Below are positions 31,042 to 41,390 of a stretch of DNA of 64,000 nucleotides, one piece after another. The stretch's first letter is position 1, and each line of letters starts with the position of its first letter. The DNA is from an uncultured Gammaproteobacteria bacterium (GTDB lineage Bacteria; Patescibacteriota; Patescibacteriia; SG8-24), in the NCBI GenBank assembly GCA_964486995.1, contig CAZAOV010000001.1, positions 15,697-79,696 of the forward strand, given 5' to 3'. The notes below the pieces were generated by a model. It saw nothing but the letters and a program-made list of their open reading frames with translations, had not been told where the DNA came from and searched no databases. Made by a program: the position numbers and the translations under genes.

Positions 31042-31668
31042 TTAGAGGGCCTCTTGAGATCGTCTCTGGCGATAGACAAGCCATAGAATCACCGTCAAAA
31101 GATTCAACAACACCTGCGGCGGAGTCACAATCATCAGCCAGATATTATCGGTCGCAATGCCGTAAACGAGCCAGAATGTCGAGCCGGCCAAGAACACCGA
31201 CAGATAAAAAATATCTGTGTTGCCGGCACTGCGGTTGCGCCATATTTCCAGCGGTTGAGTGCCCACTGCGATAATCAATCCAACTCCGACAACCGTAAAA
31301 AACAATCCTTCGAAGTTATAGAATATCGCTAAGGCCTGCCCCGCAAGCGCGGACACCATGAATAAGATTAGCGGCCAGCCCAAGCTGCGGAACTTGCAAA
31401 TGCCGACCACCAACACTATCTGCGGAATAATCCGTATCGTCGCGGTTAGCATGGCGATACTGCCGATGTCCGCACCGAATGCCGTTTCGGCGACCATGAT
31501 CAGCACGAAGTACGTCGCCGTAAACCACGAAAGAGAATCGGCGTTCTTCCTAGACCAAACGCGATAGCTCTGTCGCGACGCACCGACGATACCGAACACG
31601 CGAATCGCCATCAGTATTACGAACGACACGGTCACCGCGTTCCAACCGAAGTTCTGCAGCTCAATCAT
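31042..31668 (-). CDS. Double PQ-loop/SWEET-like membrane protein (copy 3)
   Basis: MIELQNFGWN; two Q..R....S..S repeats; WLVYG. Confidence 0.75.
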   Translation of the reverse strand: MIELQNFGWNAVTVSFVILMAIRVFGIVGASRQSYRVWSRKNADSLSWFTATYFVLIMVAETAFGADIGSIAMLTATIRIIPQIVLVVGICKFRSLGWPLILFMVSALAGQALAIFYNFEGLFFTVVGVGLIIAVGTQPLEIWRNRSAGNTDIFYLSVFLAGSTFWLVYGIATDNIWLMIVTPPQVLLNLLTVILWLVYRQRRSQEAL

Positions 31669-32308
31669 CTTCGGCCACATCTTTTTCGGCGGCCAGACGT
31701 TCCTCGCGCGGCAAGCGATCCCACAGAATAATGGTCACGATGACCACGATTCCGTAAGCCACATTAGAAAGCGGCACGATCAGGTCGCCGATAGCGAAGC
31801 CGTAGATTACCCACACCGTGCAGGTGAACAGCAGCGTCCACAGAAATCTCCGGTCAACCGAACCGCGTGTGCCCTCGCGCGCCATCTCCCATGGTTGCGT
31901 GGCGAGCGCCGCCACATTGCCGATACAAAACGCGAGATAGAACCACTCACGATACGGCAACATGAACATCGCCACCACCGCGCCGCAGAACAGCGCGGTC
32001 AACGCGTATTCATACCAACGAAAACCCTTGTACCACCACAGGCCAGCCAACGCGACCACTGTGAGAATCAACCACGGCAGGTCGCACACCAACGCCAGAC
32101 TGCCGATTTGGAATCCATAGATGATACCGGACGTCATGTACACCGCGGCATAGCTGAACAGAATCACCGACACCGAACGACCGGAGCGGCGCTGCCAGAT
32201 AGTGCGGGTCTGCTTGAACATGCCCCACACGCCCACTGCAGTGGTGACCGCGATGATGCCGAACGTGAGCGTGACCAGGTTCCAACCGAACTGTTCGATC
32301 TCAATCAT
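31661..32308 (-). CDS. Double PQ-loop/SWEET-like membrane protein (copy 2)
   Basis: MIEIEQFGWN; KQTRTIWQRRSGRSVS; TQPWEM; WVIYG. Confidence 0.78.
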   Translation of the reverse strand: MIEIEQFGWNLVTLTFGIIAVTTAVGVWGMFKQTRTIWQRRSGRSVSVILFSYAAVYMTSGIIYGFQIGSLALVCDLPWLILTVVALAGLWWYKGFRWYEYALTALFCGAVVAMFMLPYREWFYLAFCIGNVAALATQPWEMAREGTRGSVDRRFLWTLLFTCTVWVIYGFAIGDLIVPLSNVAYGIVVIVTIILWDRLPREERLAAEKDVAEDD

Positions 32309-32960
32309 CTTCGGCCTCCGTTTCCGCTATGCTAGACGCCCGTACGTGCGCCGGCGCTGGCGGCAGAACGTAGTACAGCACTACCGTGCCGATAACTACC
32401 GTCAGGAACGTCGGGTTCGAAATCGACAGCACCCAATTACCGATAGCAATCGAATACACCGACCAGAATGTCACACCAACCAAAATGGTCCACAGGAATT
32501 GTGCGCTGACCACGCCGCGATGCCCACGACGAAACATCTCCACCGGCTGCGGCACGAACGACAGAATCGCGCCCATCGCCACCACGAAATAAAACGTGTC
32601 CTTGACCGGAACCAGTGCCATCGCCACGATTCCGGCCAGAATCAATCCGGTTGCGACCCATTCCCAGGGCCGATAACCCTTATATTTCAGCAGGCCGATA
32701 CTGACCACCATCTGCAACACCGCACGAAAGCCCATGACGATAAGCGCCAGGCTCTTGATCTCGAGTCCATAGATAAAACCACACGCGAAAAACAACACTC
32801 CGTAGTTCATCATCAGCACCGAAACCGATTCGCCGGACCGCTCGCGCCAGATGGCGATACCCTGCTTAATGAGCCCCCAGAATCCCAGCAGGGCCGTGCA
32901 CATCGCACCGATGAAGCCAACCGTTACCAAATTCCAACCAAACTGCTGAAACTCAATCAT
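32301..32960 (-). CDS. Double PQ-loop/SWEET-like membrane protein (copy 1)
   Basis: MIEFQQFGWN after an AG-rich RBS; VPQPVEM; WSVYS. Confidence 0.78.
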   Translation of the reverse strand: MIEFQQFGWNLVTVGFIGAMCTALLGFWGLIKQGIAIWRERSGESVSVLMMNYGVLFFACGFIYGLEIKSLALIVMGFRAVLQMVVSIGLLKYKGYRPWEWVATGLILAGIVAMALVPVKDTFYFVVAMGAILSFVPQPVEMFRRGHRGVVSAQFLWTILVGVTFWSVYSIAIGNWVLSISNPTFLTVVIGTVVLYYVLPPAPAHVRASSIAETEAEDD

Positions 32961-33122
32961 TCCTCTCTCCCTCTTATAAAGAACGCGGGTAAACCCGTTG
33001 GCAATTAATTTGGCATTTTTGCTTCCATCGGTCAATGCGACCCAATGCGCTTGACAGGTCCGCATCTGCTTGATAAAAATTCAATCTGACACAGTGTCAG
33101 TGCGACAGTTTAAGGAGGAAAG

Positions 33123-33584
33123 ATGCTTGGTCTTATCGTTTCGGCTTGCTACTTTCTTTATCTTGCCTTTATCGGCGGTGACATGAGCACGGAAGCGGCA
33201 TTCCTACAGGCTTCCGGGTTGCTGTACAGTTGGTACTGGGTGGTCAGCATCATCTTCGCGTTTGTTCTCGGCGTGTTCGCCTTGCTCATGATTCTCGGTG
33301 TCGGCGTGGCTGGCAGCGCTGGCGGAGGTTTAGCCTTCGGTGTGATTGGAGCGGCAGTCGGCGGAGTAGGCGGCATGACGGCCGGTGGTCTGCTCATGGC
33401 GCTCTCCTTGGCTGGATTCGTAGTCAGATGTGCCTTTCTGATCGGCGGTGCCTATCTCCTGATGACCGCCGGAAGCGCCGACATGGCATTCGCGGATTTC
33501 GAAATGTGGCGAATCGGTGTCGGCGCAGCGCTAATCTTTCTCGGCATCATTCTTCGCGATAGCAGCAGATCGTCGGACGACTAG
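33123..33584 (+). CDS. Gly-rich integral membrane protein
   Basis: AAGGAGG RBS, about 4 hydrophobic segments, downstream terminator hairpin. Confidence 0.75.
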   Translation: MLGLIVSACYFLYLAFIGGDMSTEAAFLQASGLLYSWYWVVSIIFAFVLGVFALLMILGVGVAGSAGGGLAFGVIGAAVGGVGGMTAGGLLMALSLAGFVVRCAFLIGGAYLLMTAGSADMAFADFEMWRIGVGAALIFLGIILRDSSRSSDD

Positions 33585-33728
33585 GGGGATACCCGCACTT
33601 TTATGTGCGGGTTTTTGTTTGGGATCATGGGGTATGGGGGCGGCTGTGGAATTGCCGGGTTGTTTGGTTTTTGAGTTTCTGGCGGCGTGCTGAGGAGGAT
33701 AGTCCCGAGCCGTAGGCGTATGCAAAGC

Positions 33729-33771
33729 AACATGACCACTTTTTGGGCCCGGCCCAAAAAGTGGTCATGTT
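33729..33771. repeat. Perfect 43-bp palindrome (21-bp arms)
   Basis: aacatgaccactttttgggcc c ggcccaaaaagtggtcatgtt. Confidence 0.9.
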
Positions 33772-33849
33772 TCTGCGGCCAAAGACGTGGTCCCAAAATT
33801 CAAAAACCACCGCCGGATAAAGCGGTGGATCACAAGACAGCAGAAACGT

Positions 33850-34230
33850 TCACCCAACCAACTCCCCTATCTTCTCCAAAACTTCGGCAAACGAAACCTG
33901 CGTCTTAATCATGTACAAATCCGCACCAGCCTCAGTCGCCCGGTCGATATCCTCTGGCTGCGACAACTTAGTCAACACAACCACCGGCACACCAAACGTC
34001 TCCTTAACGACCCGAATCAGTTCAAACCCATCATGCCCAGGTACCATCGGCTCCAACAATACCAAGTCCGGCCTCAACGAACCCAACATTCCATGTAATT
34101 CATCAACGCTAGTCGTGTAGTGCGGATCATAACCCGCGCGCTCCAGTTTATTCGCGTATATCCGAACCAAAAACTCGTCCTGATCAAATATGAGAATTTT
34201 ATTGCGCGGCAATTCGATTTCCATATACAC
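33850..34230 (-). CDS. Atypical single-domain response regulator (phosphoacceptor Asp replaced by Glu)
   Basis: ILIFDQD, PDLVLLEPMVP, PVVVLT, YMIK. Confidence 0.82.
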   Translation of the reverse strand: MYMEIELPRNKILIFDQDEFLVRIYANKLERAGYDPHYTTSVDELHGMLGSLRPDLVLLEPMVPGHDGFELIRVVKETFGVPVVVLTKLSQPEDIDRATEAGADLYMIKTQVSFAEVLEKIGELVG

Positions 34231-34692
34231 CTACATTATCTCAATAAACGGCGGCTCCTCGGCCGCGATATTCTGATCGCGCAAATCCAACGCCCGAATC
34301 AAGTCCGGCACGATTTTGAACAGGACATAATCATCATTACCGATATGCAGAATCGGTGGCCAAACATCTTTGAGGCCCGCACCGGCCGCAGCCACCGCAT
34401 CCAACCGCTCCTGACGCTCCTGTTCATCAGTCACTCGCTCGGCCCGACCGCGCATCTGCACATATATAGGCAAGGCGCTGCCGATACTTAATGAAACCAC
34501 CGGATTCTGCTCCAAATTCCTAACCTTGGAGGTGTTCTTCCGAGTGACAAAATAAACATTGAAGTCATCGTCAACCGCATACACCACAGTCGCGGCATGC
34601 GGCAAGCCATCCGAAGATACGGTCGCCAAAGCCGCCAACCGATTATTTTTCAAGCTATCCAACACCAACTTTTTCAGCTCTTGGTCCGCCAT
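34231..34692 (-). CDS. Pyridoxamine 5'-phosphate oxidase-like FMN-binding protein
   Basis: LATVSSDGLPHA, YFVTRKNTSKVRNLEQNPVVSL, VQMRGRA. Confidence 0.85.
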   Translation of the reverse strand: MADQELKKLVLDSLKNNRLAALATVSSDGLPHAATVVYAVDDDFNVYFVTRKNTSKVRNLEQNPVVSLSIGSALPIYVQMRGRAERVTDEQERQERLDAVAAAGAGLKDVWPPILHIGNDDYVLFKIVPDLIRALDLRDQNIAAEEPPFIEIM

Positions 34693-34693
34693 A

Positions 34694-35086
34694 TTATTTC
34701 TTCTTGCCCTTAAGTAATTCCTCCACCTTGTCTGAGATGCTTTTCAGACTGACGTCAGACTTAACCAGATAATCATTCGCGCCAAGATCTTCACAGCGCT
34801 TGATTTCTTCGGCTTGTCCCAAATTGGACAATATTAATACCGGAATATCGCGTGTATCTTTGTTCAGCTTCAGATTGCTTAACACTTGGAAGCCGCTCAT
34901 TACCGGCAGCATCAAATCAAGCAGGATTATATCCGGCGTGTCTTCGGCCGTCTTATCGAGCGCAGACTGACCATCCTTCGCCAAGGCCGTTTCATAACCC
35001 TCCTGGTCGAATTTCGAAGTCAGCGCCTTGGCCAAAAGCAAGTCATCCTCTACGATAAGCACCTTTTTAGCTTTTTTTGCAGGCAT
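34694..35086 (-). CDS. Single-domain response regulator
   Basis: VLIVEDD, PDIILLDLMLP, IPVLILSN, DYLVK. Confidence 0.93.
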   Translation of the reverse strand: MPAKKAKKVLIVEDDLLLAKALTSKFDQEGYETALAKDGQSALDKTAEDTPDIILLDLMLPVMSGFQVLSNLKLNKDTRDIPVLILSNLGQAEEIKRCEDLGANDYLVKSDVSLKSISDKVEELLKGKKK

Positions 35087-35124
35087 AGTCTCTTATATAA
35101 ATTATTCTAATTACATTATACAGG

Positions 35125-37422
35125 TTAATGGGCCTCTCCGTCTTGTGGTTCGTTGTGTTCAATCGGGAGAGTGATATTAAATTTCGATCCCTTGCCGACC
35201 TCAGACTCCAGCCAAACCCGACCGCCAGAAGACTGGATAACTGACTTAACGATATATAAGCCCAAGCCGTAGCCTTCCGTATCCAGCAATGCCACATTGT
35301 CACCGCGAAAAAACTTTCGAAAAACCCTATCCTGTTCCTCCGGCGGCACACCAATTCCCGTGTCCGTCACCCATACGGTAATTTCGCAAACGCTGCGTTC
35401 GCCGCAGACCATCACCGAACCGCCCTGCGGCGTGTACTTGATGGCGTTCGAAAGTAAATTATATAGAACGTTTCGTATCAGGCTGGCATCCACATATGCT
35501 TGACCTAGCTGGCAGGGCTCAAAATGCAGCTCCAGGCCTTTTTCCTTGGCCTCAAAAGACATGTCCTTAACCGCAGAGCGACATAGGGCGTCCATGTCAA
35601 CATGAGCCGGATGCGAAGAAATGCGACCGCTTTCGATTTGCGACACGTTCAGCAAATCATTAACGAGCTTGTTCATGCGCACTGTGGAGCGCTTAGCCAT
35701 GATGAGATATTCCCGCTGCTGTTCGGTGAGCTTGCTGATATCGGAGTCATAGAGCATCTCCAACATCCACTTAAGCGACGACAAAGGCGTTCGCAGCTGA
35801 TGTGACGCAATGGAAACAAATTCGGTCTTGGCACGATCGATGGCTCGTTCCCTGGTAATGTCGTGCATAACCGCCACCGCACCAAAAACCGAACCCTCAT
35901 CAACCAACGGTGCCGCCGTTACTGCCACCGGAACCATCTTACCATCGGCGGACAGCAGAGTTGTGCCGTCCGGCGCATGCGTAACGATACTCGACTCCAT
36001 GCATTCAACGATGAAATCATCGCTGGCTGTCTCATCATCCTCGTTCACGAAGCGAAAATGCTTCTTGTAGGTCTGTCCGGTGGTCTGACCGGATATTTTT
36101 CCGGCCATCACCTCTGCGACGGCGTTGCACATCAGAAGATTCCCCTCGCGATCCAAAACAAATACACCGTCGCCGATACTGCGTAGCATGGCCTGACTCT
36201 GTTCCCGCTCTCGCTCGGCGACGTCTTTTTCCTGTTGCGCCGTCTCGAGCGCACGCAACACATCTTCTCGTGATTCGACCAGTTCAACGTTGGCTTTTTC
36301 CAAGTCATCGGTTTTTTGAGACAGTTCCTTGCCCTGCGCTTCAATCACCGATATTTTTTCGCGTAACACGCTGATGTCATGGCAGACGAGCACGAAAGCA
36401 TAACTCTTGCCCAGAGACACGCGGCTCGCTGACAGCGAAATCGGAATGTGACGAACGCCACCGGTGCGTAAATATGTTTCGGGTATGGATAATTTAATTC
36501 TCCCGCCCGAATCATCGTCCAGCAGGCGACCTATCACATCATGAGCGCACGGGAGAAATGTAGAAATCTGTTTTCCAGACAGCGCTGACACGGGTAACCC
36601 AACCAATTTGGCGGTTTGCTGATTGGCGACCGAGATACGACGTTCGGAATTCACGATTATCAAAGCTTCGCCCATGGTATCGATGATATCAGCCGCCACC
36701 GATGACGGAGAAATCTCGAACAGTCTGTATCGCAGCATGGCATACGTGATAGTCGCGACATACAGCGTGGTGGCTATATTCGTGTAAGGACCGATCGAAA
36801 CTTCATACCAAGGCAAGTAGTTGCTGATTGCCGAAATCACGCCGATGCAAATACCGATAAAAATCAGTTTGCGTTGTTTCTGCACCAAACCAGTCGAATT
36901 CATTACCCCAAATGCGAGCAAGGTGGTTGCATAAGCCATGGTGCCGACCCACAGAACCAAGTAATACGGGTGTAGCGGACCCGGAACAGGCATGTAAGCA
37001 AAATGAAACCCACTCTCACTCATGGTCTCAATGATGAGCGGCGTAAAAAAAGTGACGACAAAGAATTCCATCACCATTATGAGCAGTAGTAGGGAGATTT
37101 GGTGTCGACTCTTCTCCAGCTCCAACATGACAATAACGAAGTACAGCAGAAACAGAGCGCCCAAGGTGGCCGCCATCAATTGAATCCGTAACCAGAACAA
37201 CATGACGTTTGGATCTACTGTTGTGGTAAAGACCGTATAGGGTACCGCCCAAGCCGCTACACTAATCGAAAACAAGAAGAACGCGACGTTCTTCTTGCCA
37301 TAAATATTTCTATTTAACACGACTAAACTCGCCGCAAATGCTGCGGTTGCATTAATCAGACCGGACCAGAAAAAGAAGTTCAGTGGATCAAATTGATAAT
37401 TTGCGGGGTTTAGAATCCCCAT
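35125..37422 (-). CDS. 7TM-PAS-PAS sensor histidine kinase
   Basis: About 7 TM helices at the N-terminus, two PAS domains, SHQLRTPL, NLLSNAIKY, DTGIG, GLGL. Confidence 0.95.
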   Translation of the reverse strand: MGILNPANYQFDPLNFFFWSGLINATAAFAASLVVLNRNIYGKKNVAFFLFSISVAAWAVPYTVFTTTVDPNVMLFWLRIQLMAATLGALFLLYFVIVMLELEKSRHQISLLLLIMVMEFFVVTFFTPLIIETMSESGFHFAYMPVPGPLHPYYLVLWVGTMAYATTLLAFGVMNSTGLVQKQRKLIFIGICIGVISAISNYLPWYEVSIGPYTNIATTLYVATITYAMLRYRLFEISPSSVAADIIDTMGEALIIVNSERRISVANQQTAKLVGLPVSALSGKQISTFLPCAHDVIGRLLDDDSGGRIKLSIPETYLRTGGVRHIPISLSASRVSLGKSYAFVLVCHDISVLREKISVIEAQGKELSQKTDDLEKANVELVESREDVLRALETAQQEKDVAEREREQSQAMLRSIGDGVFVLDREGNLLMCNAVAEVMAGKISGQTTGQTYKKHFRFVNEDDETASDDFIVECMESSIVTHAPDGTTLLSADGKMVPVAVTAAPLVDEGSVFGAVAVMHDITRERAIDRAKTEFVSIASHQLRTPLSSLKWMLEMLYDSDISKLTEQQREYLIMAKRSTVRMNKLVNDLLNVSQIESGRISSHPAHVDMDALCRSAVKDMSFEAKEKGLELHFEPCQLGQAYVDASLIRNVLYNLLSNAIKYTPQGGSVMVCGERSVCEITVWVTDTGIGVPPEEQDRVFRKFFRGDNVALLDTEGYGLGLYIVKSVIQSSGGRVWLESEVGKGSKFNITLPIEHNEPQDGEAH

Positions 37423-37572
37423 ATTTTTTACCTAACTTTCGCCAAAAAAGATAAAAATCCTATTTTTTGCGCAGAAAGTCCTTTTTTTGTCTATTTTCAG
37501 CTTAATTATAACAAAAAATGACCCTCAATTCAAGCTGAAAATTGAGAGCCGTTAGATTTAAGGTGTCCGAAT

Positions 37573-37989
37573 CTATAGCCCAGACTCTGGAATCGGCCTG
37601 TATCGCACCGCCGCACTCACGCACAGGATGCGCTTGGTCATACGACCGATGAGCGGAACCTTGGTTAGACGATCAATGCCGTCATTAATTCTCTCCAGGA
37701 GCTGAGCTACATCGCGCATTCGTTGCGCGCCAATGTCCTCCAGCGAAATCTCAGCCCTGATGATCCGTCCGTCCGCACCCCTGTAGCGAATGATTACAAA
37801 CGGCATACCAACCGATTCCCCGATTATTTCAGTGCAGACCACATCTTCAGACTTTCGTATTTCATGAACCAGAACACCACCCTTGAGGCGGTAGTTGCGA
37901 GCGTCTTCGAACAGCCTGATTTCTGTCACGCCGACCTCCAAAACCGAAAGAAGCTCAAAAAACGTAGCATTATTACGCCAACCGGTCAA
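37573..37989 (-). CDS. Hypothetical protein
   Basis: 138-aa ORF with no competing long ORF; start uncertain. Confidence 0.5.
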   Translation of the reverse strand: MTGWRNNATFFELLSVLEVGVTEIRLFEDARNYRLKGGVLVHEIRKSEDVVCTEIIGESVGMPFVIIRYRGADGRIIRAEISLEDIGAQRMRDVAQLLERINDGIDRLTKVPLIGRMTKRILCVSAAVRYRPIPESGL

Positions 37990-38142
37990 AGCGATTGAAC
38001 ATGCGTACTTTTTTGACCCCTCACCTTACACCCCCGCCTGGCAGGCAGGGGCTGTGGGATGAGGCTCAGCTTCGAGTATGAACTTTAAATCGCCGGCAAA
38101 ACGGAATGGGACGCACCAACACCGATTTGATACAATGCTCAC

Positions 38143-38880
38143 ATGAGCATTCTCCAATCAAAAACTGCGATAAAAATATCAGCTAGCCGGTTTCTGCATA
38201 TTCTGTTTTTTTCGTTGCTGTCCGCAGAAATTTTCATCGTACTGGGAGATATTTTTCTTTATCAGCTGGAATGGTTGCCGTGGCGATCAATGAGAATTCC
38301 GTTCAATATTACCCGTGAGGACACGCTTGTGAACTGGTTCTCCAGCATGCAGACTTTTGTAACCGCACTGGTGCTGCTGGTGATTTTTCTGCTAGCGCGA
38401 CGAAAGCGCCAAAAACATGCCTGGGGTTGGGCGGTGCTGACCGGATTTTTCGCCTGCATGTCCATTGATGACGGCTCAAAATTTCACGAACGGATAGGTT
38501 CATCGTTTAGGGAAGGCGCTGATGCCCTGTCACTTACCAGCAGACTGGCCGATACATTCCCTAGTTACTACTGGCAGCTAGTTCTCGGACCGCTATTAGT
38601 TGCGATAACGGCCTTCATGGTGGTTTTTCTCTGGAAGAACATAAAAACCAGAGCAAACTTCTGGTGGTTTATGATAGCAATAGCTATTCTGGCGTTCGCC
38701 GTACTGCTCGATTATGTCGAAGGTGCGGATCAGGGAATATTTGCGGTGCATACCGTCAAACATAACGCCAAATTGCTGGAAGAATTTTTTGAAATGTTGG
38801 GCAATACGATATTCCTGATCGTGTTCCTACGAGTAATGATAGACCGAAACAAAAACATCACATTGCATTTCAAAAAATAG
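38143..38880 (+). CDS. Multi-pass membrane protein
   Basis: About 6 TM helices; conserved-looking SIDD...HE and EEFFEMLG motifs. Confidence 0.8.
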   Translation: MSILQSKTAIKISASRFLHILFFSLLSAEIFIVLGDIFLYQLEWLPWRSMRIPFNITREDTLVNWFSSMQTFVTALVLLVIFLLARRKRQKHAWGWAVLTGFFACMSIDDGSKFHERIGSSFREGADALSLTSRLADTFPSYYWQLVLGPLLVAITAFMVVFLWKNIKTRANFWWFMIAIAILAFAVLLDYVEGADQGIFAVHTVKHNAKLLEEFFEMLGNTIFLIVFLRVMIDRNKNITLHFKK

Positions 38881-39221
38881 AAAAGCGCCTGAAATCTGCC
38901 TGGCACCTTTACGCGGTGCGGAGTGCAATAAAAAACTAACGTCCAAAATCGACCAAAAAATATAGATCGACATAAAAACCGCCAAAGTGGCGATTTTTTT
39001 CTTTAGCCCCTGTTGCACGGCATCTGATACGGCCGACAAAAAATATTCGGCCTACACTTTGAGCTTCCGCTCACCGTCATGCCTGATAAAAGCAATGAGA
39101 ACCCGCCCGGCATGCGCACGGCAATCCCCTTTTGCGGTGCTTCCACCTATCTCGTGTGTATGCGTCAGGTTGTCAAATGAACCGATTCAAGTAATATTTA
39201 AATGCTCTTTACGGAGGAACG

Positions 39222-39521
39222 ATGAACGATGAACAAGGCGTTGACCTGGATCGAGTCGTTGAGTTCTATAGCCCTCATTCCGGTCAGCCGTTTCATGGGG
39301 CCGTAGCCGCACCGCCGCAAGCGATTATGGATGTGGTCCTCGAGCTGGTCTCTGCGGTAATGCCGCTGCGGTCTGCGATTGATAAGTTGAAGGCGGTGGG
39401 CATTGGCCATGTCGAAGTGTCTAGGGATGCCATTCTGCTGTTCACCCACTCGCCAGATGAGCTGAGCAGTCCCAGCAGGACAGCTTATGCGCACTGTTGG
39501 CGATTACTGCGCTTCCAATAA
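39222..39521 (+). CDS. Hypothetical protein
   Basis: GGAGG RBS; terminator hairpin at 39525-39551. Confidence 0.65.
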   Translation: MNDEQGVDLDRVVEFYSPHSGQPFHGAVAAPPQAIMDVVLELVSAVMPLRSAIDKLKAVGIGHVEVSRDAILLFTHSPDELSSPSRTAYAHCWRLLRFQ

Positions 39522-39566
39522 GCTAAAAGAGGGCGTCAAACCCTCTTTTTTTGTTTGCTTAAAATA

Positions 39567-40043
39567 TTACGGCTGTATTATCCCACTCGGTGTGGCCGTC
39601 ACAATGCCGGCATCAAAATCACCTACGCCATGTCCCAAACAAAATTCAACCACAAATTCTCCATTGATGTCAGTATAGTAGGAGTATTCATTATCAGTTT
39701 CTGAGCAGCCACCATCCCGAGGCATAGGAGCTGACGGTATGCTGCCGTGATAGACATTCTCACCGGCATCGCACTCGTCCTTGAAACCGCCTTCGCAAAG
39801 AGCGGCATACTCGCCTTCGCCTAAAGCCACAGGATCTTCTTCAATTGGATAGCCGTTAGCGTTATTGTTGTAAACCTCCAATGACATCATAATCTGCCGA
39901 ACATCAGCCACACGCTTGGTGTCGCGTGCTTTTTGTCGAGCCGAATTAAAACCGACCATAGCGATTGTGGTCAGTAAGCCGATAATTGCAATAACTACCA
40001 ATAACTCAATTAAACTAAAGCCTGTTTGTTTGGTGTCGCGCAT
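39567..40043 (-). CDS. Type IV pilin-like protein
   Basis: GFSLIELLVVIAIIGLL prepilin motif; ARQKARDTKRVAD. Confidence 0.95.
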   Translation of the reverse strand: MRDTKQTGFSLIELLVVIAIIGLLTTIAMVGFNSARQKARDTKRVADVRQIMMSLEVYNNNANGYPIEEDPVALGEGEYAALCEGGFKDECDAGENVYHGSIPSAPMPRDGGCSETDNEYSYYTDINGEFVVEFCLGHGVGDFDAGIVTATPSGIIQP

Positions 40044-40107
40044 AGAGTTTCTTTATGTATTGTAGATATTTTACCTGATACAAGAAAAAGCCGCATCTTT
40101 TGAGCGG

Positions 40108-40162
40108 AAAAACTGTCAGACTTATTTTAAGGCGGCCAATGTTAAACACAAGTCTGACAGTT
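40108..40162. repeat. GTCAGACTT-family palindromic element (also at 23667-23690 and 54105-54167)
   Basis: aactgtcagactt...aagtctgacagtt. Confidence 0.8.
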
Positions 40163-40261
40163 ATTAGAGCAAGAGCGTTCATCGGAATGCCGCTGAAAAA
40201 CCGAACAGCCCACCAACCAAAAAACTCCAAAATAATAACCCCTGATAGAGGGGTTATCTGG

Positions 40262-41323
40262 TTACTGAACCTGAATTGTAACTACCTCAGCCACGAGTTC
40301 GGCGACCGCAGTCAGAAAAACATAGTCGAGCGTATCGCAGGCGTCGGCCGAACGATGATAGTACGGCGTCACGTCATCGCCGCCGAACTCCTCGCATGAC
40401 TGAACGGCTGGAATGCCGTATTCGGTGAAGTAAACATGGTCAGAACGACATGAATCTCGGCGCACTACTCCGCCAACTCGCGTTTCGCCGGCACGCGCAT
40501 TCAGTTGCTCGGCAGCCCGACGATACAGCTGCATCATGGTATCGTTAGGCGCGACCGGCATGCCGCAGTGGGCCAATTCGACCACCCGATCGTCATCGCT
40601 GTCCCAACCTATCATGTCGATGACGTGCGCGCAGAGAATATTCATCACTGGTGTCAGCTCCCGCGCCACCGCGTGACTTCCAATCAGCCCTTCTTCCTCC
40701 TGGTCGAAGAAAGCGAACAGAACATTCACGTTCCGAGTGGGCAGGGCCGCCAACTGACGAGCAATCATAATGGTCGCGGTCACGCCAGATGCGTTATCAT
40801 CGGCGCCGGGCGTAGTGGCAACCGAATCATAATGCGCCCCGACCAAAATCCATTCATCGGTCTGACGAGTGGCGTGCAGTTCGGCCAGCAGGTTTATTCC
40901 GCGCCCCTCGTTCATAGCCACATACTCGCGCGTCATCCATTGTCGGTCGATTGCGATCCACTCGTAATTATGCTCACGATACTGCAGCCCGGGAATCTGC
41001 CGCAGTTGTTCCGCGATGCGCGCTCGCGCTCGAGCACGTTCATCGGGCGTGTAGCGCCGACCGTCCATCATGTCATGCGAGTCGCCGGATGGGCCGCCGG
41101 TAAACGAGCACAGAAAATCACGCGGAACGAAATCGTCGTTATCCGCAACAGCAAGCCGCTCTGCCTGCCCCGAACTGTTGTCCGTCCCAATTTCTGCTGC
41201 CGCAGTCCGCCGAGCGCCAGAACTACAAGCCGTAAATGCACTGGCAGTCACCACCGTCAGCATCAGCATAAATCGCACCTGCACCTTGCCCTCCTTTATG
41301 GAATGTGCCCAACTGAGCTTCAC
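40262..41323 (-). CDS. M28 family metallopeptidase, probable lipoprotein (start may be downstream)
   Basis: GAHYDS, GADDNASG, FDQEEEGLIGS, DMIG, SDH, YH; lipobox-like FTAC. Confidence 0.9.
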   Translation of the reverse strand: MKLSWAHSIKEGKVQVRFMLMLTVVTASAFTACSSGARRTAAAEIGTDNSSGQAERLAVADNDDFVPRDFLCSFTGGPSGDSHDMMDGRRYTPDERARARARIAEQLRQIPGLQYREHNYEWIAIDRQWMTREYVAMNEGRGINLLAELHATRQTDEWILVGAHYDSVATTPGADDNASGVTATIMIARQLAALPTRNVNVLFAFFDQEEEGLIGSHAVARELTPVMNILCAHVIDMIGWDSDDDRVVELAHCGMPVAPNDTMMQLYRRAAEQLNARAGETRVGGVVRRDSCRSDHVYFTEYGIPAVQSCEEFGGDDVTPYYHRSADACDTLDYVFLTAVAELVAEVVTIQVQ

Positions 41324-41390
41324 TTATTTACAGCGCAAAGTCAAAAACCGGGCCAAACCCGGTTTAATCCATCTTTGATGCATTAATCAG

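Noticed and set aside
38040-38055. Additional tRNA-Trp att copy (ggcaggggc)
   Set aside because: It is only a 9-bp match, lacks the TCGTGGACTATG arm and the adjacent hairpin/T-run, and is compatible with chance.
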